DNA of 64,000 bases from Raillietiella orientalis. Its lineage: Eukaryota. The DNA lies in NCBI GenBank assembly GCA_036172245.1, contig JAYWIR010000081.1, forward strand, positions 124,001 through 188,000, given 5' to 3'. The position numbers and the translations under genes were made by a program. Numbering within the stretch: the first letter of the stretch is position 1; the number at the start of each line of letters is the position of its first letter. The notes under the pieces were generated by a model. It was given only the letters and a program-made list of their open reading frames with translations. It made no database searches and had not been told where the DNA came from. Below are positions 49,401 through 59,300 of the stretch, in pieces.

Positions 49401-51702
49401 TCACGGACTGAGCACTTCATTTCGTCCCAGTCCGCGAGCGTCTGAAGCTGGAATCCTCGCAGGAAACAGCGTAGATGTTCCGCCGCTCCTGCGAGGCGCA
49501 ACCAATCCCCTGGCAGGCGCCATGTTTTCAGGGGAGGGCCCTTATTGCGCGGATGTAACTCGAGCACGAGTTGTGGATTGTTGGCACAGCTCTGCCGGGA
49601 GCGTTCCTCGAGTTCCCACCCGCGTGCACAGGTGGTTGTCGAGGAACATGTGGGCAGATGTTCCGATCTCTCCCGGCATCGCCGGCCAACAAGTTGCGCG
49701 CATGCATGGCTGCGCACATCTCGTTGACCAGCTGTGCTCGTCCGCTGGGCGCACCTGCCAGCAGGCGGAGATTGAAATCGCCCGCAATGAGGTGCGCCCT
49801 TCGCACGCCTGCTTCGGCCAACCAGTCTCGCCGCAAGGTTTCGAAGAACGCAGTGCGTTACTCGGCCCTGTGGCTGCTCACCGGAGCGTACAGGTTCGTG
49901 ACTACGAGGTCGATCGAGTCGGACCACTTGAACACAAGCTGCCCAACTCGACCATCCCCGGCGAACCGTGCACTGCGCAGTGAGTTGTCGACGGTTGGCT
50001 TTAGCAGAAAGGCCACTCCGCAGGAGTTGTCCGTTCCGTTCCTCCACAGTAGCCGCCCTCCTGCGATTCTTTCGATTTCCTGGACATCTCCCGGTCGGAG
50101 AACGTGCGTCTCTTCCAGGAGCACCAGGTCGAAATCTCGCAGTATGGCGGCTACATCTCGCCTCTTTCCGTCGTCGCGCAACCCGTTGACATCATAACAG
50201 GTGATGCGCAAGCGGCGGCAGAAGGCGAGCCCACGCCCTGATGCGTTTATTGTGGGGTGGAGGCGGCCTCCTCCCTTGCAGGAGGCGGCTTGTTGGCGGC
50301 CGTGACGACGGTCGGCTGTTCACACGGGAGCACGTCGTCCACAGCGACTTCCATGGGGCTGGCTTCCGGGACACGGATCGGAGAGGGGTCGCGTGGCGCG
50401 ACGCACATTGCCTCCTCCTCCGTGCCCGAGGACATGGCCTCCTCTATCTGCGGAGAGGCGACCCGTCTCGGGCAACCGGTCTTCTTGCCAGCCTTTCTCT
50501 TCGGCACGGCTGCGGAAGTAGAACAACCGGCTTCGGTTTCGGACTCGGAATTTTCCGGGCCCTTCATCGTTGCCGGTCGTCTCAAGGCCTTCTTTTTCGG
50601 CCTTGGCAGGCTGCCGTAACATGGCTGCCAGCTCTTCCGCGGCCTGCGCAAAGGTCGCTTCCGTTATGCGCGCCGCCTCCTCGCTTTCCGCACCGACGCT
50701 TTGCGCAGGCGCGACAGGGGCGGCTTCATCGATCGGCGCGCAGACGTCCTTCGCTGGCAATGCCGGAACTGCATTGTCGTCAGCTCATGGTGACGTCACT
50801 GCGGGCACGACCGGCTCAGGAACGACGGTATCGATCGCCTTTACCGTTACTTTCTTTGCGGCTCTGGCGATCGAGACGCGTTCGATCTTTACCGTACAAG
50901 CGCGGACGACCGGTTTCTGCTTTTTCGGCGCCGCCTTGTTTATCTTTTTTGCCTCCTTCTTCTGGGGCTTCTTCCTTTCTACCTTCTGCCAACCTTCCTC
51001 GTTCTCGGCGCTTTCTCCAGCTGGTTGTTCGCTGGTGGATGGCTGAGCAGCGGGTTGGTCGGCAGGGCGGGATTCTGCCAGTTGTTGGCTTCGGTCCTTT
51101 TCCTTCGGCGTCTCTTCCTTCCTCGCGCCTGACGGAACGGACCTTTTTCGGTTGGGGCACATCCGCCTGATGTGCCCCTTCTCCCCACAGCCCAAGCACA
51201 CGATGTTGGGGCATTTCTTTTTTAAATGCCCCGACACCTGGCAAAAGCCGCAGTATACGGGTTTCCCCACATACCACAGGTCGATCTCCTCCTCCCCGAC
51301 CTGCAGTCTGTGGGGTAGCCCACCCTCGGCACGTACCGTCACGCGCGCAGCGGCGTAACCACTAAATGCCCTGGTGTAACCCAGTACATTAGGTTTTGCC
51401 CACAACGCGTGAACGGTCCCGAACTTCTCTAACGATTCTCGCACGGCGCTCTTTGCCATGCGCATCGTTATGCCGGTCAAATGCACCACGATCGAATTGT
51501 CGGCCGTGAACGGGAAGATCCTTCTCCCGTTCACAGTGACCGGCAGGCGGAGCAGCTGCTAAGCCATCCCTGCAGACTTGCAGTTCAGCTCAACCAGCTG
51601 CCCGCCACTCCTTACCGAAAGTCCGAGGACTTCGTCCTCCGGGACTTTTAATTTTTTAAACTCGGCCGCGAACGACCGCAAAACCGCGGGGGAGTACAGC
51701 TC
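46423..51702 (-). mobile_element. Family F element, near full length, 5'-truncated within ORF1
   Basis: ORF1 with CGFCQVSGHLKKKC and CLGCGEKGHIRRMC; APE 50211-49180 with stops and frameshifts; open RT region; terminal AATAAATGCCCCGGCACATCCGGGTGTGAA. Confidence 0.94.
46679..48934 (-). CDS. Open 751-aa RT + C-terminal zinc-finger portion of family F ORF2 (longest intact frame; upstream APE disrupted)
   Basis: WRPIT, DLHKAFD, GIRQGDSLSP, YADD, KYLG, CDRCG...HLLIEC with no internal stop. Confidence 0.85.
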   Translation of the reverse strand: MLRLSALIREHGEVPASFRSAKVRLLPKSEDLRNIGNWRPITVVNADAKLYAKLWAERLGRVAASVVSPEQTYAVPGRTMEANLLLASSWWQLRQRVAQDGQESLAPPSDQEHRAEGGMDSAGAFAVAVDLHKAFDCVDQDLLLELLERMGFPAVLQSYLRSCWRNASINIGFSGRHVYGVPVRRGIRQGDSLSPLLFSIYFELVLRAYRVTLATLPSSCAGTPAVSAYADDLLLLLPKSTPASALEDFFELLRRGTGLEVNRAKSSMVFVGSAWPGRSDWIRLGIPTGRCFKYLGVPLGDFCAAEVWSDRLQKAALAIGPFQEGKFYLQERAALWNAFAAPLLRPLLFVCPAPYFIRKRAAGLLRTVLWGKGRSRVRLKDLCAPRKDGGLGVLTLKRIELQLRFRTLALAAELWDTPWYVPARLLAQRACGFDGLLSFLSARVCRRPYCGSMLRRIFVAVRENAWISCLPGNYSAWLHESVSTWVKIHVPAGTRNTCMKRHARWTQQEIVQSHDKLLWALITPLAPVLPFLVNARDSSEQGKWTVSCTIGGRTQSIKAWTSRQLADAATPSVPPYGIRRWGELLGLSPEEMKWPPASWNSASLALEWQDVALLVVLWGLPFKARLHHTTRGAVDPYCDRCGEKETFPHLLIECSAIRPLWDRLAPILYLRGCGPKDVFRRLFCSDALSPPASVAVLYCIRGIVAAWNATRRRRQPTGNALHWTRVFARSGCKWRHLGAERTQLVRILNRI

Positions 51703-51989
51703 CAACTGGGAAATCAGTACCAGGACCTCGTCGGCATCCTGCAAAGGATGGAAGCTCCACGTAACGGGCAGTGATCCCTTCCCGGCCCTCCAATTGACAA
51801 GTGTTTGTACTTTTTGTTTAATTTTTCTTTTTGTTTTTTCCCCCAATCCCATCCGTTGCCGTGGAGTGTCAAGTAGGTCTAAGCACCGACCACCCGACAT
51901 CTCCAGAGAACTATTGGCCGCAGCGGGGCCTTGTACTGCGAAGACTGTTAGTTTTTTTTCATAAACGCCCCGGCTTGACCGGGTGAAAA
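51703..51989 (+). mobile_element. Family N 3' terminal fragment
   Basis: ...DLVGILQRME..stop, TGATCCCTTCCC, T-rich tract, ATAAACGCCCCGGCTTGACCGGGTGAAAA. Confidence 0.82.
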
Positions 51990-52708
51990 TGTCGAACTGT
52001 ACGTTGCGCAGCGCATTTTCGACGGCTGGCTTCAGCAGGAAGGCCACTCCACGGGAGTGATTCCCGACTAATCGGTAAAGTAGCCTCTCCCCTGTGATCC
52101 TCTCGATCTCCTGGACGTCCTCTCCTCTGAGCGCGTGCGTCTCCTGGAGAAGAGCCAGGTCGAAAGGTCGCAGGGTGTTGGCCACGCCGCGCCTCTTGCC
52201 TTGGTCACGCAGCCCGTTGACTTTCCAACAGGCTATGCGTAAGTGCCGGCAAGTGGCGATTCCACGCATCACTCTGTTGATGGTGGTGGCGATTTTGTTG
52301 CCGTCTCCTGTTCGGGAGGCGGATGGTCGTTGTCCTGGTCGGCGGGCATCGCTTCGGCTAAAGGTGTCTCGTCGGTTCCTGGACGTTGTACACCAGTATC
52401 CTCTGGCGAGGCCCTTTTTTCAACCGAGGAGTCGCGTGACCTCGCGGACATTGCCTCCTCGTTCTCTGAGGGCATTTCCTCCTCCACCTGAGGGGGAACG
52501 ACGCGCCCAGAGTTCTGGGACTTCCGCCCCGCCTTCCTTTTCGGGAGGGCAATGGAGGGAGCGCTTCCGGCTTCCGCTTCGGACTCGGGTGTTTCCGGGC
52601 CTTTGGCTTCCGCCGGCCGCCTCACCGCCTTCTTGACAGCCTTGAGGGGCTGCTTGAAGCTGGCCGACACTTCCTCCGCCGCCTGCGCGAAATTCTTTCC
52701 GTCGCTGG
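51990..52708 (-). mobile_element. Element fragment O: ORF1 tail and APE N-terminus
   Basis: WKVNG, LQETH, GVAFLL...VQFD; TGATG stop-start at 52267-52271. Confidence 0.85.
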
Positions 52709-53080
52709 GTGAGGTGGGGAGAAGAACCTAGAGTCACCCCCGAATTACTTGTAGTCCCTTCACAGTGTGTGGACAGTTCGCTGCTCCCCCTTGCTTGGAA
52801 ACAAGCCGTGTGGCTCTTCGTTCACTGGCGTTTTCAGTGTAACGAGCGATGGCATCGTGTTTCCGGGGGGACTTGCTTCTGGACTGCGGTGTCCCACAAG
52901 GTGACCCTGGCGGAGGCTGGCAACAGCACCATCGCACCCGGAGGATACCGCAAGATACCTTCTGCAACGGTTCTTTACGCCTATCGGGCTGTCTACAAGC
53001 CAAAGGATTGCTACCGTCGGTTACGTTCGCGCCATAGTTTCAGCCCGTCAGGCGCTGGTAATCAACGGGCAGCACGAAGT
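52709..53080 (+). mobile_element. Family B-like ORF2 C-terminal fragment with internal deletion
   Basis: VTPELLVVPSQCVDSSLLPLAWKQAV..VHW.FQCNERWHR matches the family B C-terminus. Confidence 0.8.
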
Positions 53081-53643
53081 TAACGAATTTGTTATGCCTT
53101 CACTACCTGCAGTTATATTTCCGCTTCTTGATGCTGGAAAATTGATGCATTTATTACGTTTCTAGACGATATATTGTTGCTCTAATGTATTTCTCTAAAA
53201 AAAGAGATTACTTCCTCTTCAACTACGTAATACCATTTAGTGTTTTTGCATTTCTCGACAGACATTTTGCGTGAGATAATGAAACCATGCTTTCCAAAAA
53301 GCAAATAGCTCTCTTAATTTTAGATTCTGAACAATATGATATCTGTTTTTTCCAAGCCATGATAGGATTCTGAAACCATTTTCTGCTTTCAATTTTTTGC
53401 TCCAATAAATCATCTGCAAACAATTAATGCACATAAGACTGGGTGGATTTTTGACCCGAGGAGAATAACACAGAGGGCGCTTAGTATGTTAAAAGGTAGA
53501 TGTGCTAAGCACAAAAAGCAATCGGAGGTTCATTTCAGTTAGGATATGCTGCTCATTACTCTTTAGTTTGCACTAACTGGCCGCTGCTATTCTGTCATAG
53601 AAACAGATTGGTTTGACTATTTAGACGAATTTTGTAGCAATTC

Positions 53644-53982
53644 ATGGATGAAAAGTCTGCGGGACGAGTACTGCATGCTAATGCCAGAACAACAGAGGCA
53701 ATGCGTAGAGAGATACGTAATTGTAAAGAGAGCACGATAAAAACAGCAAAAAGATTTCATGTTAACCCAAAAACCGTTACGAAATGTGAAAAAAGAGAAG
53801 ACACAAAAGATCTTTCGATGGGGCCGAAAAAGATCAAATCCACAGTACTTTCTGAAGCTGAAGAGGAGGCAATAGTTGCTTTCAGGAAAATTACAGAACT
53901 ACCTTTGGATGATGTATTCAGGAGACCATTCCTTCATTTGACGAAATCAAGCTCACATAGATGTTTGCAGCGCCCGCTATAA
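53644..53982 (+). pseudogene. IS481-family transposase N-terminal (HTH) fragment; DDE integrase core missing
   Basis: G.VLH.NA.TTEA.RR.I....ES....AKR...NPKTV.K..KR....DL..GP....STVLS..EE.AIVAFR..T.LPLDD...HLT.SS.HRCLQR follows the alphaproteobacterial IS481 transposase pattern as I recall it. Confidence 0.85.
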
Positions 53983-54009
53983 TTATGACTTCAGAATGCT
54001 CATTCTTCG

Positions 54010-54234
54010 TCAGTTGTACAAGGCTTGCCTTCGAGAACGAAAAGTTGTTTTTGTAACTTCTAGATTTTTATGTTTATCCGCGGGTTTTGCGTCTAAAAGA
54101 ATGGTCTGCGCAGCTGCGATTGTTCCTTCCTGATCTCTCGTAAAAGAAATAATAGCAGGGTGGTAAGATTTAGTGTCTAATGACCAATTCTTGGCAATCA
54201 ATCTAACATCACCATATAAATGAATCTTTGACAA
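54010..54234 (-). pseudogene. Fragment resembling the region just upstream of the toprim domain in conjugative Tra/primase proteins
   Basis: HPAIISFTRDQEGTIAAAQTILLD...ADK...EV.K.TF recalled as similar to Rickettsiales/Legionella Tra-toprim proteins; not verified by search. Confidence 0.5.
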
Positions 54235-55259
54235 ATCTATTTTTCCTTACAATCAGCAATCAGCACATTGATCAAAATTTCGATGTATTTCTAAACTGTA
54301 TCTATTTTTCAACGAAGGAAACGTTTCATACGAAACCCTACAGCTCACAATTTTGACTCTCTCGAATCTCTTGATACAATGATATTTGATTGATGTAAAA
54401 TCACAAACAAGATATTACAAAAATTTGTTTAAAACTCGTCGTTTCGTCGCATCTGAAGAAGTTGATGCTTTTGCATCCATAACAGCCGATCATCCCACCG
54501 AGAACCTTTACACTCTTTAGCTTGTTCTAACCATATTTCTGGACCTTTTTCCAGCTTTTCCTTAGTCCGGTAGCAGTATTTTTCCTTACTAGGATGATTA
54601 GCAACAATCTCAAGTATCGGATTTTGCCAATCTCTTCAGCTCTTTGAAACACTGAGTGATTTTCAAGACCTTCATTCAGTAAGCGGTCTTTCATGATAAC
54701 TGAGCCTGCCGATGCATCGTCTTAGCATCTTCTGGTACTCCCCGCTCTTTGATCGACCAGCATCCATTTCGCTCGTTTGATTGCCCAAGGCTGCAGCGGT
54801 CCCTACCGAAAACCCAGGGACGTGATCACCAGAGGATTCATCTTCTGCAAAGCCTTTAGCAGCGCTCAAGCCATGGATGATCACATTTTCTGGAGCAATA
54901 CTCACCGTGGCAATTTCGAAATATGAAAGTAAGATTAAAAAAGTACCCAAAAAATGTTCATCGAAGCAGCAATCCTGGCGCCTTAACGCGCAAATCACCC
55001 TTTTTGCTAAATTTCCTCAGCGCAAATTCAGCCATAATGACTGTAAATGTTGTACTTGTTGGCTCACCCTGGAGATAATTTTAAAGTATGTCGGTTGTTG
55101 ATGTTGGTAAGCAATTGGGATCTTTAGGTGGAGAAGGTGTCGCTTGTCTTCCAAAGAGATGGAACAAGTTTTGGTTGTTTTGCATTTTGGAACTATAAGA
55201 CTAGTATTTGGAAGTTCATAAAGCAATTGTGCAATTATTAGTGATTGAATAGAAGGAAT

Positions 55260-56320
55260 GCGACGGCGGATTGAACAGCTGGCGTGACGTCACATCGCAT
55301 CGATCCGTCAGCGGAACGAGTATCGATCGCCGGCACGCTTTTGATGGCCACGCTGCACGCTTTGATTGTTGGGCGTGGCGCTTCCTCCACCTTGCCTGTA
55401 ACACCTCTTTCGCCGGTGCGGGCGCGGTTTTTTTAATGATTTTTATTTTACCTGTGACCAGCTGCCAGCCTTCCTCGTCGACAGTCTTTTCTGGGAGCTT
55501 CTGCACCGAGTCCCTTTCCAGCTTCGCGACTTTGTCGGAGCCGACGGCTGATCCCCTTTTGTGAGGTTTCTTACTATTTTTGCCTTCCCTTCCTTCTTTT
55601 GCGGAAGTTCCGGCGTTGGAGCGACGTGCATCGGGCACACCACTTTGGTGTGGCCCTTCGCGCCGCACGTTGAGCAAAATGCGTCCAGGCAACGCTTTTT
55701 CAAATGCCCGAACGACTTACAGTTTCCACAAAATTTAGTTTTCCCCACAAACCAGATGTCGAGGAACTCGTCGCCAATTTGGAGCTTGTGGGGAAGCTGT
55801 ACGCTTTCTCGAAGCGTTACAGGCGCGCCTACTCGCCTACTTAATGCACCATTCACTCTGAAGGTGTTAGGCTTTCTCCACATAGCGAAAACGCTTGCGA
55901 ATTTTTCCAGTTTAGCGCGGATGGCCTTCTCATTCATCCGCACTGTTAACCCTGTTAGGTGGACCACAATGGAGTGGTCCACCGTGTGTGGGAGTAAATT
56001 CCTGCCCTCAAATTGTACGGGCGTGCAGAGCATCTTGTGGGTAAAAGCTGCATCCTTGCAGATGAGCTCCGCCAACTGCCCTCCGCTCCGTATTGACATT
56101 CAAAGAATTTCATGGTCGGAAATGCCCTTCTTTTTGATGGAATTGACGAACTTTTGCGCCCTTAAAGGTGAATATAAATTTCCTACCTTGTACAGGAGGG
56201 CCGGATTGTAGCCCTCCTGGATGTATAATTGGATTTTGGCGGCGACATCGGACGTTTCCGCCGCTGCCACCGCGCTCCACGCCCTAGCCGTAGTTACGGG
56301 TTCAGAAGTAGTGGTTAGAA
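55260..56320 (-). mobile_element. Family I element, 5' part (ORF1, slightly 5'-truncated)
   Basis: ARAWSAV..GYNP.LLYKVG; CGNCKSFGHLKKRC and CSTCGAKGHTKVVC; links to 46422 through GCG(A/G)CGGCGGATTG. Confidence 0.87.
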
Positions 56321-59300
56321 GTTAGCCGGGCAAACGCGTGTATGCGCCGAATGCGGGCAGGAGGGTCTCCTCATTACGAAGTGTCCCTAGAGCGCTTGCC
56401 GTTACTACCACGAGCACGGGCACACTGAAGGAACGTGCCCGCAGCTCCTTTTAAAAAACAAAAAGCGGAGGAACGAATCGCTTTCCGCATCGCGTAGTAA
56501 TCGCCGCGAATCGAAAGAAAGAAACATCAAATTTTCGAAAAGCGTTGCGAAAACCGCGACCACGCACGTGTAGAATACTGTTTTTCGACCCCACAAAGAA
56601 GGGGTGAATAACACAAAAAAACTCGTCGCGGCAAAGCCTCCGGCTTTCGACTCGAACGAAGCTCGCGAAGGATGCGACCTTTCTACGAGACCTCCCAGTC
56701 AATTGTTGAATGCAGGAGACATTGTGCCGAAGGTCAAAGAGCCTCCTACTGTCGGTATCACTACTGCGAAGCCTCGTATCAAGGCGTCGACGAGCGACGC
56801 GGAATGCGGTCCTTCGCTCGATACGGGAAAAACGCGCCCGCGGGCAAAGAACACCGAGCCATCTGAAGCTACCGCGGCAAAGGTGCCCCAAGTGCCGAGT
56901 GCCAGGCAAACCACCAGTCCTCGCGCACGGACGCAGCGCCTACTGCCGCCAAGGAAGAAACTGCTAGGGCGAGCACAACCACTACAGCAGTGCCCCGAAC
57001 GGTCGCAAAGCCAACGCGCGAACCCTCCGACCTGGAAGAGGCAGCGCCTCTAGCGATCGCTAAAGGAGTTGCTTACGCCTTCGTGCAGGCAGCACTCCAA
57101 GAGGCAGCGAAGGCAACGCCTCTTACATCCGTGGAAGCATTGCCATCTCAGGATGGCAAAGATAACTGCGGCGCGAAGGAAGAAGGCAGGATGCAGGTGA
57201 GAAAGATCATTAGAAATAAACCATCAAGGTCTTCGCAGCTCTGTGTGAAGGTGAGTGGGCGAAAGAAACCCGCGAAACCTTCTCAGAAAAAGATTGCGAT
57301 TCTTTGCTCCTGCGCACTCGTTCTCTCGCGGATGGAGCGGGAAGCTGCTGCTGCGGCTAAAAGGACGAAAGTCCCAGCCGCAGTTACAGAAAGCGCTAGG
57401 AAACAGGCAGCCAACCATTTCCCTGATTCCGGGAAACAGCAGCAGCGCCTGGAAAGTTCTCGACTGTCCGATTCTGATCCAATTTCCGACAGAAAGAGCA
57501 CACAGCGGGATAACCGCCCGAAACCGCGGAATCGCCTCCCGAAGACCCGCAAGCGCGTGGTTGTCGAAGAGGATCTTTTGCCGAGGAGCAAAGAGGAGGG
57601 GATGGACCTCACCTCAGAGCTACCGGCAACAAGCAAGGCGGCTTCGAATGGAGATGCCCCCTCTCCAAAATCTGCTGTTCTGTCTCGTGACCACTTACCG
57701 GACAAGGCGAGAAACCTGTGCTCACGTTCCCAGCCTTAATGCAGGAAGTCGCCTCTTTTCTTTGATTCAGCGTAGCCTGTTGGAACGTCAATGGACTGCG
57801 CAGAGACGGAAAGAGGCGCGAAGTGTCAGACACCCTGGGACATTTCGATTTCGCGATCCCTCAGGGGATGCATTACATCTCTGATGCGGAGGTTGCCGAA
57901 ATCAAACAGCGCGCGGCTGCCACCATGTACTGGCGAGAAGGTTCTGCACAATCGTGCGGAGTCGGTTTTCTCGTCAATAATAGGATGGTGGGAGCAATGC
58001 GCAGCGTTCGATTCGACCAGGAAGGGCGAATGGGCCAACTTGTACTCAAGTGGTCAGATTCATACGACCTCGTCGTAACGAACGTCTACGCGCCGAGCGG
58101 CTTTCATCGGCTTCTCGAAAGAATCGAGTTCTTCGACGTGCTGGAGAGTCAATGGCTCAGAAACTCCGGAGCCAGAGTGGCGCATCTCGTCGCAGGGGAC
58201 TTCAACGTCCACCAGCTTTCCAACGAGACGCGGTTCCTGGCGAAACGGTCGCGAGTGGAAGAGGTATGCGCGTCGGTGCACAGGCGTAACTTGGAAGCCG
58301 GCAGGCCTGGACTGGAAAGGTGCGTGGTTCACCTCTACCTCGCTGAGCACCTACTCTCGCCAGTGGGAAGGACAGGCAGGGTGCCGTCCACGTTATCGGA
58401 CCATGATAGGCTGGAGTTCGAGCTACTCCCGTTGGGCAAGGGACCTGCAAACAATGTAGGGAGAATGCCGGCGGATTGGCTGAGTCATTCGGAAGCGGCG
58501 GAGCATCTTCACTAGTTCCTCCGCGGCTTTGCCATCCGGGAACTCGCAGACTGGGACCATCTTAAAAGATCGGTTCCCGAGTTTTGCGACCGGTTCCCCC
58601 TGCACCTGCTACCACGCAGCTCCGGGGAAGGCGTGGCAAATAGCAGAGCATTTCTGCAGGCGCGCACCTTCTCGAGACGTGCGGAAGTCCGGCAACTCGC
58701 AGAGTACAAGGCGAGGGCCGAGCGCCAGGTCTGGCAGTCTGGAGAGGCTATTCTGCTCGACGACGAAGGCCGGGAATGCGCGGCTCCTGCCGAAGTGCGG
58801 CGAGCACCAAAGCGTCACTTCTCCTTGCTCTACGCTAATTCCCCGACGGAAGGTGTCCTCTCCGAACTACTTTTGCCGCGGGCTGTACATGGCATCGGCG
58901 AGGAGGAAAGCGCTCGTCTCGACGAGCCCTTCACGTTGGAGGAAGTTTCTTCCGCCATCGCAGGACTCAAGAGACGGAAGACGCCAAGTGAGGACGGACT
59001 GCCCGCGGAGTTCTATCCGAGCTTCGCGGCGGAACTCGCCCCACTGGTGCTTAGAATCTCGACGCTGATCAGGGTGACGGGCGATGTCCCCTCTTCCTTC
59101 CTCTCAGGGAGGGTGCGTCTCCTTCCGAAAGGAGGGGATCTGCGCCAACTCAACAACTGGTGTCCGATCACATTAGTGAATACGGACGTCAAGTTGTTTT
59201 CGATGCTGTGGGTCACGCGCTTAGGGAATGTCGCGGAGTTCGTGGTATGCCCGTAGCAGTCTTACGCTGTACCAGGTAGATCCATGGATGCGAACCTTCT

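Larger units (their letters stand above)
53081..55259. other. AT-rich island of decayed bacterial-like gene fragments
   Basis: Abrupt compositional shift from GC-rich flanks; no LINE motifs; contains IS481-like and toprim/Tra-like pieces. Confidence 0.8.

Noticed and set aside
9417..51989. Recurring CCCCGG-loop-CCGGGTG read as a CRISPR repeat, DNA-transposon TIR or tRNA fragment
   Set aside because: Dispersed, always at LINE 3' ends after AATAAA, not regularly spaced, and no cloverleaf.
53223..53423. Possible second transposase fragment
   Set aside because: Looks protein-like, but I cannot assign a family without a search; kept only as part of the island.
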